Assembly: GCA_016840165.1 (NCBI GenBank)
Contig: JAEOSU010000027.1
Coordinates: 39,549 to 103,548, forward strand
Direction of reading: 5' to 3'
DNA from: Promethearchaeota archaeon
Lineage (GTDB): Archaea > Asgardarchaeota > Lokiarchaeia > Sigyniarchaeales > SOKP01
Length of the DNA stretch: 64,000 nucleotides
The notes below the pieces were generated by a model that was not told the DNA's origin, ran no database searches, and saw only the letters and a program-made list of their open reading frames with translations. Below, in pieces: positions 60,401 to 64,000 of the stretch. How positions within the stretch are numbered: position 1 is the stretch's first letter; each line of letters opens with the position of its first letter. Position numbers and translations under genes: made by a program.

Positions 60401-61081
60401 ATTCCACGTAGAAAGCAGAAAATTAAATATTCAAGAAAAATCGCTTGTAAATTTCTCGAACCGATGGGCGATATCAGTAATAATCTACAACCACTCTGTT
60501 ATTGTAAAGAGAGAGATTTAATTCTTGGTAGAAAAGCATATGTTTGCCAAGTCTGCGAATTATATGAACCCACAAAGTCAAATCAGAAAATTTCAGAAAT
60601 TTATGAAGATAGTAAAAAGAAAGCAGAAAAGAAAATCAAAGAAAAAAAGATTGCACTAGAAGATTTCGAATTAGCAGAAATGCAAATTGAGGAAGAAATT
60701 GATCTTACTATTGATGAATTTGAAGAAGAAGATGAGGAAGTACCTTTAAAATTCGAGAAAAGAAAAGCTGGAAAAGAAGAATTGGGCGATAAAGAAGAAT
60801 ATGGTGAAATAGAATGTCCATTTTGTGGTGAAGTGCATGAGGATTTAGCAACCCACTTACAAACTTGTGAATTTGCGCCCGATGATGCAAGTATCGAAGA
60901 TATTCTTCCGAGTAAATCTAAAAGAAAGAAGCGGAAACCCACAACTGGAAAATCTAAAAGTCAAACTGGAGGTACGAAAGAAAAATGTCCTTATTGTGGG
61001 AAAGAATACACGAGACTTGGAAGGCATATCACTTCCTGTCCTCAGAGACCTAAAGATGAGGATAAAGATTCCGATGAATAA
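60401..61081 (+). CDS. Multi-zinc-finger protein (N-terminal Cys cluster, acidic linker, two CCHC fingers); probable ATT start
   Basis: CPFC-x9-H-x3-C and CPYC-x9-H-x3-C; in-frame extension (M)PRRKQKIKYSRKIACKF upstream of ATG 60464, with SD GGTGA 6 nt before ATT. Confidence 0.8.
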   Translation: MPRRKQKIKYSRKIACKFLEPMGDISNNLQPLCYCKERDLILGRKAYVCQVCELYEPTKSNQKISEIYEDSKKKAEKKIKEKKIALEDFELAEMQIEEEIDLTIDEFEEEDEEVPLKFEKRKAGKEELGDKEEYGEIECPFCGEVHEDLATHLQTCEFAPDDASIEDILPSKSKRKKRKPTTGKSKSQTGGTKEKCPYCGKEYTRLGRHITSCPQRPKDEDKDSDE

Positions 61082-61109
61082 TCCTTAAACTTAGATAGAA
61101 ATATATTTT

Positions 61110-62045
61110 ATGAACATTAATATGGAAAAATCAAGGAATATATATTACTGCTACCCGGTATATCGCCCTCCTTCAGAACATGCATCTCTATTAATCCAAC
61201 TGACTGAGGGTTGTACTTATAAATGTGATTTCTGCGTATCAAACTTAAATAAGAATTTTAAAGTACGAGCTATAAATGATGTTAAGAAAGATTTAGATAC
61301 TGCAAATAATCTTTATGGCGCTAGGGTAAGGAAGCTCTTTTTTTTGGATGGTAATGCAATGGTTACTCCCTTTAAAACATTATTAGAAGTAACTGAGTAC
61401 GCATTCAAGTTGTTTCCTGAGCTTCAAAGAGTTGGCGTATATGCTCACGCAAAAGACATTCTTAAAAAGTCAGACAAGCAACTTGAGGCTCTATCTGAAG
61501 CAGGATTGAAAATTGCCTATGTAGGTTTTGAAAGTGGAGATGATCAACTCCTTCAGTCAATCAATAAGCATGCTACAAAACAAGATTATATTGAAGCGTC
61601 AAAAAAGTTAATGAACGCGAATATTACACTCTCTGCAACATTAATCAATGGATTAGGGGGCGCTAACAAACCTGAAATATCAAGAATTCATGCCATTGAA
61701 TCAGCTGACTTAGTAAATAAAATTTGCCCAAGTGACGAAAGGATTTGGTATATCTCTTTTTTAACTCTAATGATTCCTCCCGGTACTGTCTTTTATCAAA
61801 GAATAAAGCAAGGTGAATTTAAAGAGATGAATTCCTTTGAAATTCTTCAAGAATTAAAGATTTTTATGGAATATATCAATTTTGTGAATAAAAAAGCAAA
61901 TTGCGTATTTCGATCGAACCATGCTAGTAATTATCTCCCTCTTAAAGGAGTGCTTGAACGAGATAAAAAAAAAATTATTGATACTATTAATTATGGTTTA
62001 AAAAATAAAGAAGCGTTACGTCCTGAATTTTACCGGGCTCTATGA
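61110..62045 (+). CDS. Radical SAM protein (paralog of 52318-53256)
   Basis: YRPPSE, CTYKCDFC, FFLDGN, GFESG, NHASNY. Confidence 0.92.
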   Translation: MNINMEKSRNIYYCYPVYRPPSEHASLLIQLTEGCTYKCDFCVSNLNKNFKVRAINDVKKDLDTANNLYGARVRKLFFLDGNAMVTPFKTLLEVTEYAFKLFPELQRVGVYAHAKDILKKSDKQLEALSEAGLKIAYVGFESGDDQLLQSINKHATKQDYIEASKKLMNANITLSATLINGLGGANKPEISRIHAIESADLVNKICPSDERIWYISFLTLMIPPGTVFYQRIKQGEFKEMNSFEILQELKIFMEYINFVNKKANCVFRSNHASNYLPLKGVLERDKKKIIDTINYGLKNKEALRPEFYRAL

Positions 62046-62060
62046 AGCAAATTTATTGTT

Positions 62061-62807
62061 TTATAATTTTTTTTTAAACACAACTTCTTGAGTCCTTGAT
62101 AGATAGTTGCTTATCGGGAACTCTTCCTTTTTCATTAATTTAGTTATAAGTTCAGATAATGTGTGAGGGTCAATTGCTAAAATTTGAGAGAGCTCAGCAA
62201 GTTTTATTCGCCTATGTCTATCTGATATTTCATTCAGTTTTGAATAAAGTAATTCATTGTAAAGAGAATAAGCGAATTTTGTAATATTTGGACAGTGTAC
62301 ATGTTTAAGTTCACTTGCAAATCGCAATATTTGGTTTGAAGCTTTATGAAAGTTCAAAATTTTGTAAGAACTGAGGATTGCGTATAATTTTTTTATGTAT
62401 TTAAAATATGTGGTGATCTCATTTTGAACTTCATGCAAATTTAATCGCTCCACATTGTTATCGACCTGAACTTTCAACATTGTTAGTAATTTACAAAAAT
62501 CTTCAAGATTTTGCTCCGTAAGTCGTTCATTTAGTAAACCATGGTATCTTCTGAGAAATTTCCTACGACTAGTCATCATTTCTGATCTAATATCAAATCT
62601 TATTTGTTCTAGTTCATGGCGTTCTTGTTCTAGATCGAAATCTTCTAGATTTTCGTTAATCAAGATTAATGCAGATTTTAGCTTTTCAAGAGCAGAAGAA
62701 TAGTCTTGCTGATTATGTTTTTTTATAATCAAGGCTTTATAAAGATTTAATTCCTTGATTACTTCTTTCTTTGTTCTAAATTTATCATACCTCTCTTGAA
62801 GACTCAT
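62061..62807 (-). CDS. Helical-repeat protein with C-terminal PCI-like winged helix
   Basis: C-terminal IKLAELSQILAID...LSELITKLM...TQEVVF resembles the PCI consensus. Confidence 0.6.
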   Translation of the reverse strand: MSLQERYDKFRTKKEVIKELNLYKALIIKKHNQQDYSSALEKLKSALILINENLEDFDLEQERHELEQIRFDIRSEMMTSRRKFLRRYHGLLNERLTEQNLEDFCKLLTMLKVQVDNNVERLNLHEVQNEITTYFKYIKKLYAILSSYKILNFHKASNQILRFASELKHVHCPNITKFAYSLYNELLYSKLNEISDRHRRIKLAELSQILAIDPHTLSELITKLMKKEEFPISNYLSRTQEVVFKKKL

Positions 62808-62923
62808 GATTTAGAAATAGTCACTATTGTATTTATACCCTTATTGTCACAAAAACTTAATTTCAAATATAAACTTAACATTACACAATTAATAATCGCT
62901 TCACAATTGAATAGGAAAAGAGT

Positions 62924-63550
62924 ATGACAAAAATAGTATTGATTAATGGGTCACCACGAAAGAATCGAGCATGTAATTTTTTGCTCGAACAAGCAATTGA
63001 GGGAATTAAATCTGTATCAGAGAACATAATCATCGAAAAAATACAGATCTCCGATTATCAAATAACACCTTGTAATGGATGTGATCAATGTTTAAGACCA
63101 CCAAACAATTGCCCACTCGCTGAGAATGATGACACCGAGAAATTAGAAAAAGTTGTATTAGATTGCGATGCACTTATCATTGCGGCTCCTAATTATTTTG
63201 GTTCAGTTAGTTCTCAAATTAAAACCTTTATAGACCGATCAAGACCTTGGAAGATGAAGAATTATCTATTAAGAGATAAAATTTTAGCCCCAATGGCAGC
63301 AACTGGCCTAAGAAATGGAGGAGAAGGTGTGATAGGCGATCTGATCAATTTTGGTCTTATACACGGTATGATTATTGTTGGGAATACATTTGGAAGCCCT
63401 GTACTTGAGGGAAATATCGCAATAACGAGCGTTCAAAAGCATTCATTAAAAGAGTTCTTAGGTAAAGGAGAAATTGATGAATTAGCCGGATTAATCGCAA
63501 AAGACACGGGGAAACGTGTTGCAGAATTAGTAAATAAATTAAAAAAGTAA
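62924..63550 (+). CDS. Iron-sulfur flavoprotein / flavodoxin family
   Basis: INGSPRK, CNGCDQC-x6-C, APNYFG, KTFIDR. Confidence 0.92.
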   Translation: MTKIVLINGSPRKNRACNFLLEQAIEGIKSVSENIIIEKIQISDYQITPCNGCDQCLRPPNNCPLAENDDTEKLEKVVLDCDALIIAAPNYFGSVSSQIKTFIDRSRPWKMKNYLLRDKILAPMAATGLRNGGEGVIGDLINFGLIHGMIIVGNTFGSPVLEGNIAITSVQKHSLKEFLGKGEIDELAGLIAKDTGKRVAELVNKLKK

Positions 63551-63613
63551 AAAAAATAAAAATATACTTTTTCTTTAATTTTTCTCTTTTCGATATTATT
63601 TTAGTTGATTTTG

Positions 63614-64000
63614 CTAATTTTTATCCTTTGAGTCTGTTTTCTCAATTTCTTCCTCTTCAGCTTCTTCCTCTTCTTCTTCTTCAATTTCTTCCTCTACTTC
63701 TTCCTCTTCCTCTATTTCCTCCTCTTCTTCTTCCTCTTCAGCTTCTTCCTCTACTTCTTCCTCTTCCTCTATTTCCTCCTCTTCTTCTTCCTCTTCAGCT
63801 TCTTCCTCTTCTTCCGCTTCCTCTATTTCCTCCTCCTCTTCTTCTTCTTCAATTTCTTCCTCTACTTCTTCCTCTTCCTCTATTTCCTCCTCTTCTTCTT
63901 CTTCAATTTCTTCCTCTTCTTCCGCTTCCTCTACTTCCCCCTCTTCTACTTCTTCAATTTTTTCGACCTTTTTCTTGACTTTTGGCTTCTTTATCTTTTC
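63614..64000 (-). CDS. Partial CDS: C-terminus of a protein with a very long poly-Glu tail
   Basis: Open minus frame from the window edge: EKIKKPKVKKKVEKIEEVEEGEVEEAEEEE...EKTDSKDKN* (TAG at 63614-63616). Confidence 0.85.
   Translation of the reverse strand, partial: EKIKKPKVKKKVEKIEEVEEGEVEEAEEEEEIEEEEEEEIEEEEEVEEEIEEEEEEEEIEEAEEEEEAEEEEEEEEIEEEEEVEEEAEEEEEEEEIEEEEEVEEEIEEEEEEEAEEEEIEKTDSKDKN
63640..63958 (-). repeat. Imperfect tandem GAA/GAG-rich coding repeat (units of about 54-57 nt)
   Basis: Recurring EEEEEEEIEEEEEVEEE(I/A) units. Confidence 0.85.

Noticed and set aside
63628-63978. Plus-strand Leu/Pro-rich 116-aa ORF
   Set aside because: Antisense shadow of the GAA/GAG poly-Glu tract on the minus strand
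1-64000. tRNA, rRNA, CRISPR arrays, transposases and proviral genes
   Set aside because: No GC-rich structured RNA segments, spaced direct repeats, integrase/transposase motifs or viral hallmark genes were recognised by eye

Overview
Low-GC, gene-dense archaeal chromosomal DNA. Gene content points to an Asgard archaeon of the Lokiarchaeia/Promethearchaeota type (inference): an actin-family protein, a Rab-like GTPase, a longin-like protein, a JAMM/MPN+ protease, PCI/winged-helix proteins and a Loki-type LRR protein. These sit among housekeeping genes (nadA, endA-like, PINA, thrC, folD, purH, guaB, GGPP synthase, archaeal helicase, DRG GTPase). No rRNA, tRNA, CRISPR array or transposase was recognised. 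Main observations: (1) a ubiquitin-like gene missing from the ORF track (4811-5065, minus) that can only start at a non-canonical ATT codon and ends in GG-A, a pro-form that needs a protease; (2) two more genes whose conserved N-termini need ATT/ATA starts, suggesting systematic non-AUG initiation; (3) an actin-related protein with a ~130-aa double zinc-ribbon insertion and substituted catalytic residues; (4) a JAMM-TPR / CCHC-finger / PCI cluster and a HEAT plus UFL1-like winged-helix protein, which may be Ubl-processing machinery; (5) a class IV (SIRT6/7-like) sirtuin. All family calls come from motif recognition by eye; no searches were run.
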